This document shows, piece by piece, positions 38,639-50,053 of a stretch of 64,000 bases of DNA. Each line of letters opens with the position of its first letter. Positions within the stretch are counted from its first letter, which is position 1. The DNA lies in IMG/VR virus record IMGVR_UViG_3300031857_000010, positions 124,001 to 188,000 of that record, one strand, 5' to 3'. The translations under genes and the position numbers were made by a program. A model generated the notes under the pieces. That model ran no database searches and was not told where the DNA came from. It saw only the letters and a program-made list of their open reading frames with translations.

Positions 38639-39685
38639 ATGAAAAAAATTTTTTCTACTATCTTACTCGTCTTTATTATGAGTATTAATTTATTGGCTCA
38701 AAACCATAACAATGTAAAAATTTTACCAAAACAAGATACGGTTTGTTTTGGGACTACAGCAAGTCTTTGGACTGCCGGAAACAGTTTTATCCCCATCAGT
38801 TATTTTTGGAGTAATGGAGAAACTACACCTACTATTTCAATTAATTCTAGTGGTACATATACTTTAACGGTTACAGGTTATTTAGGTCAGTCAAATCAAC
38901 AAGTAATTATTAATAAATCAAAAAATTTTATAGTTCTAGATAAACCTAAAATAAACCCTTTGACACCTATTTGGGTTTGTAAATTTGATACTGTTAAACT
39001 TGAAGCAGATGCAGGATATAATAATTACTTATGGATGAATGGAACAACAAATCAAATATTCAGTAGACAAATGACTGGATCTGGTGGTGGTCCTATATTA
39101 GATACAGTTTCAGTTTGGTATACTGCATCTATTAACAATCTTTGTCAAGTAAATTCTGATACTGTTGTCATAAGAGGAATTAGATTGCCAAATGGTGTTG
39201 GTGTAAATTATGAAGGAAGAACAAATTTAAATTTGAGTGATTCTGTTCCAGCTGGTTTGGTATTAACTTACATATATCCTCCCCAGTATGAAATGGAATT
39301 TACAAAAGTAAATGATCCTAATTACGTTGTGACTTGGATTACCCCAACAACCTCGAGAAAGGCACCTTTAAATATTTTGGATCCGGGTAACAATTACTAT
39401 GTTAGAACTAGACCAATAATTAATGGTATAACATATTGCTGGGGTAGTAATTCTTTAATTGGTATTTTACCTAGTCCATCCAATAGAATTTCATTAGATA
39501 ATGTTGATAACGATAATTCAATAAAAAACTTTCAATTTTATGATTTAAGTGGAAGGCTGATTTTTGAAAAACAAGATTTTCAATTTAATGATCAATGGTT
39601 AAATGATTATCCTAATCAAACTTTTATTGTAATTGATAAAAACAATATTCAAGGAGGATATAAATTAAAAATGAATTTAAGATAA
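38639..39685 (+). CDS. secreted Ig-like adhesin-type protein with T9SS-CTD-like tail
   Basis: Signal peptide; YFWSNGETT...SGTYTLTV and YLWMNGTT repeats; C-terminal FQFYDLSGRLIF...K.K. Confidence 0.65.
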   Translation: MKKIFSTILLVFIMSINLLAQNHNNVKILPKQDTVCFGTTASLWTAGNSFIPISYFWSNGETTPTISINSSGTYTLTVTGYLGQSNQQVIINKSKNFIVLDKPKINPLTPIWVCKFDTVKLEADAGYNNYLWMNGTTNQIFSRQMTGSGGGPILDTVSVWYTASINNLCQVNSDTVVIRGIRLPNGVGVNYEGRTNLNLSDSVPAGLVLTYIYPPQYEMEFTKVNDPNYVVTWITPTTSRKAPLNILDPGNNYYVRTRPIINGITYCWGSNSLIGILPSPSNRISLDNVDNDNSIKNFQFYDLSGRLIFEKQDFQFNDQWLNDYPNQTFIVIDKNNIQGGYKLKMNLR

Positions 39686-39706
39686 AAAAAATTATTATTA
39701 ATGTAG

Positions 39707-39730
39707 AAAGGCATCTTAATGATGCCTTTT
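39707..39730. terminator. bidirectional terminator between convergent genes
   Basis: AAAGGCATC-ttaat-GATGCCTTT. Confidence 0.8.
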
Positions 39731-40368
39731 TAATTTTTAATAAATTCTCCTTTTAATTCAGTTAATTCTCTTTCTATGTCTGGAAAATAACTTACATTTT
39801 CTAAATTAAATATTCTTTCGTTATAGAAAAATTTATCATGAATAATTTTAGTTTCAGGATCAGTCAAATAATTATAGTAAAGATCCCAAATTTCATTGTG
39901 TAATTGAGCTGATGTTTTTATTTTTAAATCATTTATCTCAATTAATAATTGATTTTTAGACATATACTCTTCAACTATTAAAATCCTTTTATCTTTCTTT
40001 ACTTGAGTAACAAAGTCTAAAACATTTTTATCATATAGTTTACTGGGTGTTGAAAAACAATAAATTTTCTCCACATTAGCTGCATGTATATTAATATCTA
40101 TTTCACTTCTAAATTCAGTATTTGTTAGAAGATAATCATCGAAAATCACTATTTTGAAACTTCTACCCATTATTTTTGAGCTAAAATTTTCATAGTGAAA
40201 AATCCTATCCAAAAACTTATCAGGAATTACCTTTTTATCTAAAATATTTTTTATTTGTTTATTATCATAAACAATTAAGAGGCTATTATCTGGATCTTTC
40301 ATAAACTCATAAATTGCCAAATGAGTTTTTCCAGATTGTCTATTGCTTATAAAAAAATATTTTTTCAT
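39730..40368 (-). CDS. P-loop NTPase-like protein (terminase/helicase-like Walker A)
   Basis: RQSGKT; GRSFKIVIFDDY (Walker B-like); STP. Confidence 0.5.
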   Translation of the reverse strand: MKKYFFISNRQSGKTHLAIYEFMKDPDNSLLIVYDNKQIKNILDKKVIPDKFLDRIFHYENFSSKIMGRSFKIVIFDDYLLTNTEFRSEIDINIHAANVEKIYCFSTPSKLYDKNVLDFVTQVKKDKRILIVEEYMSKNQLLIEINDLKIKTSAQLHNEIWDLYYNYLTDPETKIIHDKFFYNERIFNLENVSYFPDIERELTELKGEFIKN

Positions 40369-40372
40369 TTTT

Positions 40373-40963
40373 TTAATTACGTGTCAAAAAATCAATTATT
40401 TTATTCTTGATACTGCATTGTTTTATGCCTTCATTGTATTTTGAAGTCCAAACAAAATTTTCTAAACCCCAATCTCTTACTTCGATTATTTCAGATTTTT
40501 TATTAGATAAGAACTTTCTTAAATCCATATCATCAACTGCAACCCAATTCTTAATTATTGGATTAGAATTTAAATATTGAATTATTTCAAGACTTCTTGT
40601 TTGTTCGGACTCAAATTTTGATTGCCAATTAAAATTATCTGGTATTTCTAATCCGTCGATGGTTGTGTAATCAAAAGGTAATTTTAAAATGCCTCTTTTT
40701 AAGTACAATTCTTGCATGAGATCTATTTTGCAATGAAATCTCCAGTCTGAACTAATTACAATCTCACAATTTGTTTTCTCTATTATTTCATTTAAAATTT
40801 TAATTGATTTTTTATCGAATTTATCAAAATATTTATCAATTTCTAATGAACCTTCACTTCTTCTACCCCATTGATCGGGAAGACAAATTACTCCATCATG
40901 ATCTAAAAATAGTACATTTATCTTTTCACCCATTTTAATTCTTTTTTTAGATCGTTGTAACAA
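40373..40963 (-). CDS. HAD-family phosphatase (RNA-repair-associated HAD_SAK type)
   Basis: FLDHDGVI, IVISSDWR, R..EI, WVAVDD. Confidence 0.85.
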   Translation of the reverse strand: MLQRSKKRIKMGEKINVLFLDHDGVICLPDQWGRRSEGSLEIDKYFDKFDKKSIKILNEIIEKTNCEIVISSDWRFHCKIDLMQELYLKRGILKLPFDYTTIDGLEIPDNFNWQSKFESEQTRSLEIIQYLNSNPIIKNWVAVDDMDLRKFLSNKKSEIIEVRDWGLENFVWTSKYNEGIKQCSIKNKIIDFLTRN

Positions 40964-41337
40964 TCTTTTTTTCTTTCCTGTGCTATTCTTTCAGCTTCAG
41001 CCTCATATGGGTGGTCATAATAATTTCTATGTCTAGGTAATTTTATTTCTATCTCTTCATATTTTGAAAAATCTTGTTGAAAATGTATATATTCATGAAT
41101 TATAGTAACAACCAAATCAAGATGATTCTTGATCTTATTTGGATTTATAAAAATGCAATTTTTTTCTATATCAAAAACACCAACAAAATAATTTAAGTTG
41201 GATTGAAATCTTATTTGAAGACTCCTTATTGAAAAGTACTTTGACCTTCCTATGTTTTTTTTACACCAGCCAAGAATTGCGATTAAATCTTTTCTTGTTA
41301 TTTGCTTTCCATTTTCCAGACTATATTTTTTTGACAT
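40918..41337 (-). CDS. putative zinc metallopeptidase-like protein
   Basis: IIHEYIHFQQ...PYEAEA. Confidence 0.6.
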   Translation of the reverse strand: MSKKYSLENGKQITRKDLIAILGWCKKNIGRSKYFSIRSLQIRFQSNLNYFVGVFDIEKNCIFINPNKIKNHLDLVVTIIHEYIHFQQDFSKYEEIEIKLPRHRNYYDHPYEAEAERIAQERKKDCYNDLKKELKWVKR

Positions 41338-41348
41338 TTTAATTAAAA

Positions 41349-43258
41349 TTATTTACTGTTGTTTTCGAGTATAATACTCTCGATTATTTTTTTAATAAAT
41401 AATAATCCATTTTTTTCTTTCTCAACAATTTTACAAAATTCTAATAAATTAATCAAATTATTGTTATAATCTCTTTTTATTTCATTAATGATAGAACTCC
41501 TTAATTGTTCTTTGAGTGGAGTTGAATTGAGGCCAAATGTTTTAAAATTATCATCTAATAATTTTTCAATTTTAAATTCTAAATTTTTCATCTTAATTTA
41601 TTACAACGACAGTGTCCTGCGTGGGTTAAACTGATATTATTTTTACTTTTAAGTATTATATAAGTATGGTTTTTGTAAACCCATTCATAAGTAGATATCT
41701 TTTCATAATAGCCATCAATGTTTATTTCCTGATTTATACTTTTAACATTGGGCTCTTTACACCCGAAACAACTAAGGATAAAAATAAAAGATAATATTTT
41801 TTTCATTTTTTAAAAGTGAATTGAAGAAATATAAAAACCGGTTTTATAAAAAACCGGTTTGTGAATTTTGTTTTTTAAATTAATATTACAAAATAACGTT
41901 AACAAGTTCCATCACACTTTCCAGATTCTCTACAGTATTCAGAACAATGACCTGTTATATCACCTCTAGTGTTTATGTATTCAGAACATTTACAACAAAC
42001 ATTATTGTAAATCCTGTTAAACTTTTTAGAAACTTTATCAGCAGGAAATTTTTGTTCGCAACACTCACATTTAACAGAGTTAATCTCTTTGTTTTCCATT
42101 TTTAGATTTAATTAATTTTATTAGTTCTGATTTTAGTTTTTTTTATAATGATAATATGTTTACAAAACGAAAATATTGAAAAAAAATAGTTATTGATATC
42201 AAACCAAGATCAAATTTATTAACAATCAAATGTTAATTAATTTAAGAAGACTAAAGATTTTGTTTTGATCTTTGAGCATTCTCAATAATTTCTTGTTTTT
42301 TATCTTCCATCTCTTGTTTGATTTTATCAACTTCAGGAAATAAACTTTCTTCAATTTTGAAAGCTAAGTTAGCTAATTCGTCTAATTGCTCATCAGTTAA
42401 GTTATCAACATTATCCTCTAAAAATTTTATTCTATCATCTATCCTTTTTTGTAATTCGATAGCATTTTTTAATTTTTCTTCAAGATTATCCATAATGTTA
42501 TTTTTTTATATTAAAGTGAAATTTAAAATTATTTTTATTATTTAGAAATTTAAAGAGTTTTTCATAACCATAAAACAACATGTAAACTTTAAATTGATTA
42601 ATTAATTTGCTAGGCTTACTTTTTTTATTTCCACCTAATATATTAAACCAATAATTTAGAAACATTCTAAGATTTCTTTTTGAAATCATCCCGGATTCAG
42701 CCAAGATGATAAATTCAGTTAACTTATCAAAATATTCATCAAATGAATTTCTTAAGAAAATTTCAGTTTTATCAAATTTGTGCTTTATATCATGTGTTTG
42801 TAATGCTTCAAATAAAATATCATCATCTATTAAATAATTTTCTTGACCGTCATTTATTTTTATTTTATTCCAATCAAGAACTAATTGAATGTTCTTGGTA
42901 TTTGTATCATTAAAAAAAACCTCAAGTCTGTCAATCAAAAATTTATTTTTTTCCCAATTTAATTTATTTGAGTATTCATAAACCCATTTAATGCTAGTGA
43001 TGATAGCTGTTATGTATAAAAAATTATCTTTAATAAATTCTATCATTTAAATGGTGATTTGGATTTTGTTTCTTCACCTCTTTGTCTTTTTTTTCTTGCA
43101 GCACAATGTGCTTTCTGGGAAAAACCTTTTGGATTTGAACAATTTATTGTTTTCTTATAATTTTTAGACCATTTTTCATCTAAAATATCTTCTTCATTTT
43201 TAAAAACAATAGATATTTGATCTCTCACTATTTGCAATAAATCTAAATTATTTTCCAT
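41349..43258 (-). other. run of small hypothetical ORFs
   Basis: Includes lipoprotein 41588..41806, Cys-rich 41899..42099, 42251..42493, 42498..43046, and 43043..43258 (DEKWSKNYKK.INC.NPKGFSQKAHC). Confidence 0.55.
41833..41860. terminator. intrinsic terminator hairpin
   Basis: AAAAACCGGTTTT-ata-AAAAACCGGTTT inverted repeat. Confidence 0.6.
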
Positions 43259-43283
43259 GATAATAAATATATCTATAAAAACA

Positions 43284-43991
43284 TTAATTTTCTAAAGCTT
43301 TTATCAAATTTTCAGTGTTGTCGACATTTATTATTTCATCAAAACCTTCATCAGATGTTACTTCACGATAAGAAGCAAACATTTTATCAAATACTTCTGG
43401 ACCTATTGTTTTTGATTTTCCCTCTGATTTAGCAATTTCAGCTCTCTTAGCAGCAACTCTTTTAATTAATTCTTCTATACCTTCAAAATTAAAAACAACT
43501 GCTATTTTTTTATATTCGCTCTCTCTTCCAGAAATTGCATCAAGAGCTCTCTTTCTAGAATTTGCATTCATGTTAGTCATGTCAACTACAATATTATCTT
43601 GACCCTTTGCTTTTTGAACCCTACTACTAAATATATTTTGAACTTTATTATTAGCTTCTAGAACTTTTGAATATGAAAGTGGTTGCCACGTCATAAATGA
43701 CGGTGATTTTACTACTTCGCCATATTTTGAATTAAAATCACCTAGTGAAGAACCTACGGGCGGTGACATAAACATATCGTCATAAGTCCAACCATATTGA
43801 GATGCAACACTTTCAGCGATGTCATCTCTATTTATGATAAAAGGACTAACATCACTAAAAAAATTATTAATCCAAGTGGATTTACCGACAGAAGGGGGAC
43901 CTATAAGTACAAATATTTTTTTTGTTTTAATGGTTTCATCGTCGTTTGACAAACCAGCAAGTTCTTTCATTCTTTTTAATTCTTCTTTCAT
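43284..43991 (-). CDS. P-loop kinase (AAA_33 / polynucleotide-kinase-like)
   Basis: LIGPPSVGKSTW, INRDDI, IVVDMTN...R, K.I...V...M....E.....EGFDEI. Confidence 0.8.
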   Translation of the reverse strand: MKEELKRMKELAGLSNDDETIKTKKIFVLIGPPSVGKSTWINNFFSDVSPFIINRDDIAESVASQYGWTYDDMFMSPPVGSSLGDFNSKYGEVVKSPSFMTWQPLSYSKVLEANNKVQNIFSSRVQKAKGQDNIVVDMTNMNANSRKRALDAISGRESEYKKIAVVFNFEGIEELIKRVAAKRAEIAKSEGKSKTIGPEVFDKMFASYREVTSDEGFDEIINVDNTENLIKALEN

Positions 43992-44015
43992 AATTATATT
44001 TTATAATAAATAGTT

Positions 44016-47000
44016 TCATTTACTTTCAGGCTTCCAATTTAAAGACCATTTTGCTGAAGTGCTAAAAACATAATCATATTTTTCTTTTTCCAGATCTTTT
44101 ATAATTGATTCTGCCCTTCCAAGAATCTGTTGAAGAGTGTCTATTACGACTAGCATTTCTGTTCTCTCTGTACTGAGATTTTTAATTTCTTTTCTTAATT
44201 CTTTTTCTTCCATTTTATAATTTTTTATAAAATTAACTAAAATTAACTTAATTTATAGTTTTTTTAAAAAAGATTCATTAAATTTGGATTTAATATGAAT
44301 AATTATATGTATGGTCAACTATAACTCTATAGATTATTATGAAAATTTTGATAAAAATATCAGAGTTTCTGACTGTGAATCAATATTATTAAAAAGATTA
44401 CCTGACAACACGGTTATGATTTCCTATTTAGACGCACTTGTAGGATCAACCACCAAACTAGCATTCTACAATTCTGGAAGATGGTCTGGGTATAATTCTG
44501 TAAACTTCAATAAGTTATTTGTGCTATTCAGAAGACACAAAAACCTGAAACCTAATTTAATTAGATTTCTTACACCAAACGATCATTTGCCCGAAATAAA
44601 AAGATTCGAGAGAGTGATAGTTTGTTTCAGAAAAAGATTCCATATTACAATTAGAAAAACAAAGAAAAATTTAGATAATCTAGATATCCTTAATAAGTTT
44701 ACCTAGCTGCTTTTTTATAGATGTGTATTAAAAAGGATAAATCATTACTTTTCCACTCTTTAATATAACTTTTGTTTTTCCTTCACCCCATGCTACATTT
44801 TGATATTCTTCAGGATTTGTGAACTCATCTTTACACAGAACATAACAGTCACCTTTACTAGATAATATTTTGTTTAAGAAAAAATGTCTATCATCATCAA
44901 AAATATCAAAACACTTTTTTTGCTCAACTTTATAATTCAAATGAGAATCTTTTTCTGTTAGTGCTATTTGATCCGGTGTGGCTACTATCATTTTTACATT
45001 TTCAATTTCATGGCCAAGTAAATCATCAAAATTTGCAGCAACAGGCTCACTACCGTTGTTGAAATCGAACAGAAATAAACTGTCTACTTCAGATTCAAAA
45101 TTATCATACTCATCAACTAGGTACGGTAAAACAGGTTGGTGTTGATTGGATTTATTTGAAAGGTCTAAAGCTTCTGTCAACCTATAATAGTCAGTTGGAT
45201 TTTCCCCATCTCTATTAGGATAACAAATCATTCCCGGTAATAATTTCTCAGGATGGTCTTTTACAAAAACCAATTTAACTTTTTTTAAAATCATAATTAC
45301 ATTTCTTTCATAAATTCTTCGTTGAAATAATCATCAAAATTGTTATAAGTCAATGTTTCGTTATTGAAAATATCGTCCCATACTTTACTAGCTGTTAAGT
45401 ATCTTTCCTGACCAATCAAAAAATCAAACATTAAATCAATTGTTCCAACTTCATTAAGCAATACTTCTGTAGTATCGCCATCTAAATTGAGATATTTTAA
45501 TTTCTCAACTATCTCTTCAAATATTTTTGCTTTTTCTTCACAGTCTAATTGCGGTGATAAGTTAAGGTATTTGCTCATAATATATTTATATTTTATATTC
45601 TCTAATTTTTTTGCCACAATCATTGCATTTATCGCTGTAAAAATCATAATGAGAGTCATTTCCAGTTAAAATGTCTTCAGTTATTGATGTGTGTTCGCAA
45701 TGAACGTATTTTTCTAATTCATAAATTTCTTGAACCAGAACATCTTTGATTAGTCTAGCTTTACTAGACAACTGATAGAGATCAAAATCATCAATGTGGA
45801 ATTCCTGATCACATATATCCATTATTTGATCCAGTTTATTAATTTTGACCTTATACTGTAATTTTTTAATAGATAATAATTCTAAATCTTCCTTTGCCAT
45901 ATTTATAAAGTATAATATTTAATTGAAGGATATTCCTTTATCATAACAGCATCTAAACTTAGTCCATAATGTTGTTTTACAACATCCTCCAATAATATTT
46001 TTTTGTCCTTATTAAAATAATTGTTTTTTTGAATTTGACCTTGAATCTCAAATGTCATTTGAATGTATTCCCATCCAAACATGGTTTTTGTCTGAATATA
46101 GAAACCACCAGATCTTTCAATAAATCTAATTTTGATTAACTTACTCATTTTTACTTATTGAAATTATTGAAGTCATGTTGGCAGGGAATCCACAAATCAA
46201 TTCACCTTCTGAGTCATAAAAGAATAGATAGTTGCTGGTTAAATTAAAACTAGCTGCAACTATTGATGTGTTTATATTCCCGTTCGATGAGAATATTGTG
46301 AGACTGTATTTTTTCATATTTTTTATATCCAATCTGGAGGATCTGAGTCAAAGTATGCGTATAAGTATAAAATTATTATTAATAGAATAGTTATTCCCAA
46401 TGTAATCCAAGAACCAAAAGATAATAACAAGCAGATTACTACCCAAAACCAAGAATTACTATATACTTTATTTCTTATATAGATCAATAGAATAGAACTT
46501 AAAACAACACCAATAAAATAAATTATAATTTTAGAGATCATAATTAATTAATAAACTATCTAAAGAATCATTTTCATGTTTTATTTCCTCCTCCAATATT
46601 TTAATTTTTTTATCTATTGAATCTAATATTTTTTTCTCATCTTCTAATTGCTTATACTCTTCATTTAGACAAGAACAAAATATCAATAAAAATAAAAAAA
46701 AATAATTCTTTTTCACAAAAACAAATATAATAAAAATTTTAATTATTGTGTAAAAGAAATAAAAATAATTGAAACTGATAGACTTATTGATAAAATGACA
46801 TTTTTTAACTTTAATTTTTTAGTTTCCTTTTTTCTTTTGTCCTCTATGTAATTAAATTTATCCAACATAGAATAAACTATACTATCTCGTAATATTTGAC
46901 TGTTTTTTCTATACATTTTCAGCTCTACATTCTTGAGACTGTCAATCTTGAATTGACTAACTATAAACCTGTCTTTCATTTCATTAAGGGATTTATAGAA

Positions 47001-48198
47001 GTTCAAATCCCTTTCATAAGATTTATCTAAAGATATAGAATCATTATCCAGAGAATACACCATTAATGGCAATGTATTAATTACGATGAATAAAAACATA
47101 ATTTTTCTCATGCTATAAATTTAAAATAAAAATCAATAAAAAACAAAAACCACCCCCTGAATACAGAAGGTGGTCTTTTACATGAGATATTATTTATAAG
47201 CTTAAATCTCTGTTATTTTTATAGATGAATTTGAATATCTTTTTCAGATCTCTGGAAAAGGTTGTTTTGTTCACTTTGGAATCATGGTCGATATCACACG
47301 AATCCATTATATGATAAATAAAATTTGATATGTGTTCATAAAAAATGTCAAAATCCATCTCTGAATCTGGATCAATTATTTCCTGAAGATACATAGACCC
47401 TCCAATGAAACTCAATGCGTCTATGTTGGACATTATCCAGTCCTTGTAAACCGCTAATTTTTTTCCTTGGTGAATTGCAGGATTGTACTTGTAAAAATTT
47501 GAGAACTCTTTACTGAACACATCAATGTCAAGGGAATGAAAATGCATCCCTGACAATCCGTCCAAACTACAAGCTAACTCATCCCTAAGTGATAGGACGG
47601 CATCCATCTCGTTATATATGCCGTCACAAGCAATGAAGTTAAAAATGTCTTCTGGATCAGGTGAAAATTTTATACTATCTGAAGCACAATCCATAAATTC
47701 ATTGAATTCGCTCATAATAATTTCTGTAATTTCACCCATTGGTATTTTTTCGCTAATGGGCTTACCTTCGTATTTTACTCTCAAATAAAATGCATTTGCA
47801 TAAATAAATCTTGTTACCTCATCATCCGTAGAGAAAGCCTCCACGAAATCTTTAATAAATTTTTTGTTTTTGTAGAATTTGTAAAGTCTTCTACTGCTCC
47901 AAGCCGTCGATGTTTCTACTATAATTTCCATATTTACAAATTTAAAGAATGAATCATATAAAACGTAAAAACCCGCGTTCAAGTTACACGGGCTTTTCAA
48001 CATACTGTTCAAATGTTAGTATCTTAATATATTATAATGAACGGTAAGTATCCATCCATTATTGTTAGCAACCATGTGTGAGTTAATAATGTCTATACTA
48101 TTGTTACCGAAACTTTTTTTCCAATCTTCGATCTGTTGATTTAATTCATTTGCAGCATTTTCAGCTACAACTGAAGAGGAGCCAAATATTTTAATCAT
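44016..48198 (-). other. run of hypothetical ORFs (one plus-strand ORF at 44311..44706)
   Basis: Tiling small ORFs incl. 44728..45294, lipoprotein-like 46531..46716, secreted-like 46743..47111, 47194..48012. Confidence 0.5.
47146..47179. terminator. intrinsic terminator hairpin
   Basis: AAAACCACC...GGTGGTCTTTT. Confidence 0.7.
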
Positions 48199-48203
48199 AT
48201 TTT

Positions 48204-48590
48204 TTATTTGAATAAATTAATAATGTTCTGTGTTCCAGCAGGATTCATCGAATGTACAAACATTTGTGGATAATCAATATGATTTGTATCATAAAGTTGT
48301 TTCATAAACTTGGCAGCATCATAACCTGTCTTTGAGGATCCTTCTATAGCGTTGTAGTATGCTTCAATGGACTCATACATTTCTCCAACATAATGTTCTT
48401 CAGCAAGATCGTGGTCATAAGAAATGTGGGTAATTTGTTTAATGTTTTTTTCTAAAACTTCAACAAATTGTTCGTAATTCCTTACAACAATCCATTCCTT
48501 CAAATATATTTCCTGTAAGTTACCTATTCTGGCAAACATATATCCAAAACAATCTTTTGGTTCTCTAACATCATCTAAAAATAACTTCAT
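48204..48590 (-). CDS. cyclic-phosphate-processing receiver-domain protein
   Basis: KLFLDDVREP, WIVVRNYEQF, ISYDHDL, TGYD.AK, VHSMNPAG. Confidence 0.8.
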   Translation of the reverse strand: MKLFLDDVREPKDCFGYMFARIGNLQEIYLKEWIVVRNYEQFVEVLEKNIKQITHISYDHDLAEEHYVGEMYESIEAYYNAIEGSSKTGYDAAKFMKQLYDTNHIDYPQMFVHSMNPAGTQNIINLFK

Positions 48591-48940
48591 AATTTTTTGC
48601 TTCTTTTTGTTTTGGGGTCAATTATATTACCCACATGAGCAGGGTAGTGTCCAATAAGTTTAAGATTATCTGTAAACAAAACAAAATGTTCTGCCTCCTC
48701 TCTTTTGTCTGTATAATAAATTACAGTGTCAGCATTAGAAATATGATCCACAAAGTACCAGTGATGCGGTTCACTTCTTTTTTGGTAATCATTTGTTTTC
48801 TTTATGACCCAATCTGCTTCACTAAAATATCGCACTTTATAAACTAAAAAATGAGCGTATTTTTTATTGTCAGCGACAAATATTTTTTGTCCTAATCCCA
48901 AACTAGGAATCAGTAACAAAATAAAAAATATCTTATTCAT
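48587..48940 (-). CDS. secreted hypothetical protein (repeat-containing)
   Basis: Signal peptide; repeated V...AD/..Y.V....AD/..W.F pattern. Confidence 0.55.
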   Translation of the reverse strand: MNKIFFILLLIPSLGLGQKIFVADNKKYAHFLVYKVRYFSEADWVIKKTNDYQKRSEPHHWYFVDHISNADTVIYYTDKREEAEHFVLFTDNLKLIGHYPAHVGNIIDPKTKRSKKL

Positions 48941-49289
48941 TTTTTTGTTTTCTTAGAAGCTTTGAAATTATCTAAAATTTCTTTTACTGTCCACGGATGA
49001 GCTAAATAATCGTTTTTGAAAGGTATCAAATTAAAATTTTTTTTAATTAAAAAACTTCTTAACTCCTCCTCCTTCAATGAATTTTGTCTGGCAACAGTTT
49101 TAATACTCCTGAGCATTTTTATTTTTTAGGTTTCATTTGCTTGGTAGGCTTTTTTCTAACACGGTGACTGGTGTTTTTTGGATTGGTATCGAAATTCTCC
49201 TCGACCCATTCATCTTTACCCAACTTTTTGTTCGGTCTTGATCCAAGCGAATCTTTTTCTGAGTGAATGTTATTTGACATTTTTTTAAT

Positions 49290-49655
49290 TTAAAATCTAT
49301 AATTAAATATTTTACAAAACTTATTTAGATTGGTTAGATCCGGAAAAGTCACGTTTCCTATACTATTATCATCAATATGTGATATGTGAAGTTCAGTAAA
49401 CATATGACAGTATTTTTCATAGGTTTTTTTGCCACCAATACACCAATCAACATCAGTAATAAATTCACCTCTGATGTCCTGAATAAGCTGTCTGCCTTTT
49501 AACGTAGGTAGACTTTGAAAAGTTACATATCCGGCCAGTAATCTGCTATTGTAAGTTAAATTCTTAAAATGTTTTAGGTCTTCACTGTTATGCCATAACA
49601 ATTTATCATCAATTCCGATGAATCCTAAATTATTAATCGCTAGGATGGCTTTCAT
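49290..49655 (-). CDS. dihydrofolate reductase, short form
   Basis: AINNLGFIG...LLWHNSEDLKHFKNLT, G..TF.SLP.L.GR, IGG...YE, SHI....G...FP. Confidence 0.75.
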   Translation of the reverse strand: MKAILAINNLGFIGIDDKLLWHNSEDLKHFKNLTYNSRLLAGYVTFQSLPTLKGRQLIQDIRGEFITDVDWCIGGKKTYEKYCHMFTELHISHIDDNSIGNVTFPDLTNLNKFCKIFNYRF

Positions 49656-50053
49656 ACTATTTCTATACAGATTTTTTTTTCTTCGGTTAAATTTAATTTA
49701 GGTCTAAAATCATCAAGAACCATGACAATTAATGCATCACGAAAATCTGGTTCCATATCTTTCCAATACAAACAATGTTGAGTTCTGTAAAATACTATTC
49801 TTTTTTCAGATAATTTTAAGTCAAGAATTTCTGCACAGTCTTTAATCGTACAAATATCAAAAAACTCTTTATTAAACATTTTTTTAAGAGAATTTATTAC
49901 ACCCTCTATTTTTAAATTTGGAGGTATGTTTCCCTCAGATATCATGAATTTTTCAATTAGGATATCTACTTCCTCATAAAGAGTTTTGAACTCTTTATTT
50001 TTATTTGAACCTCCTAAGTGTTTTAGAAAAATATTTAATAATGACATATATAA

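Noticed and set aside
39730-40368. Terminase large subunit
   Set aside because: Only 212 aa with Walker-like motifs and no nuclease domain; left as a generic P-loop protein
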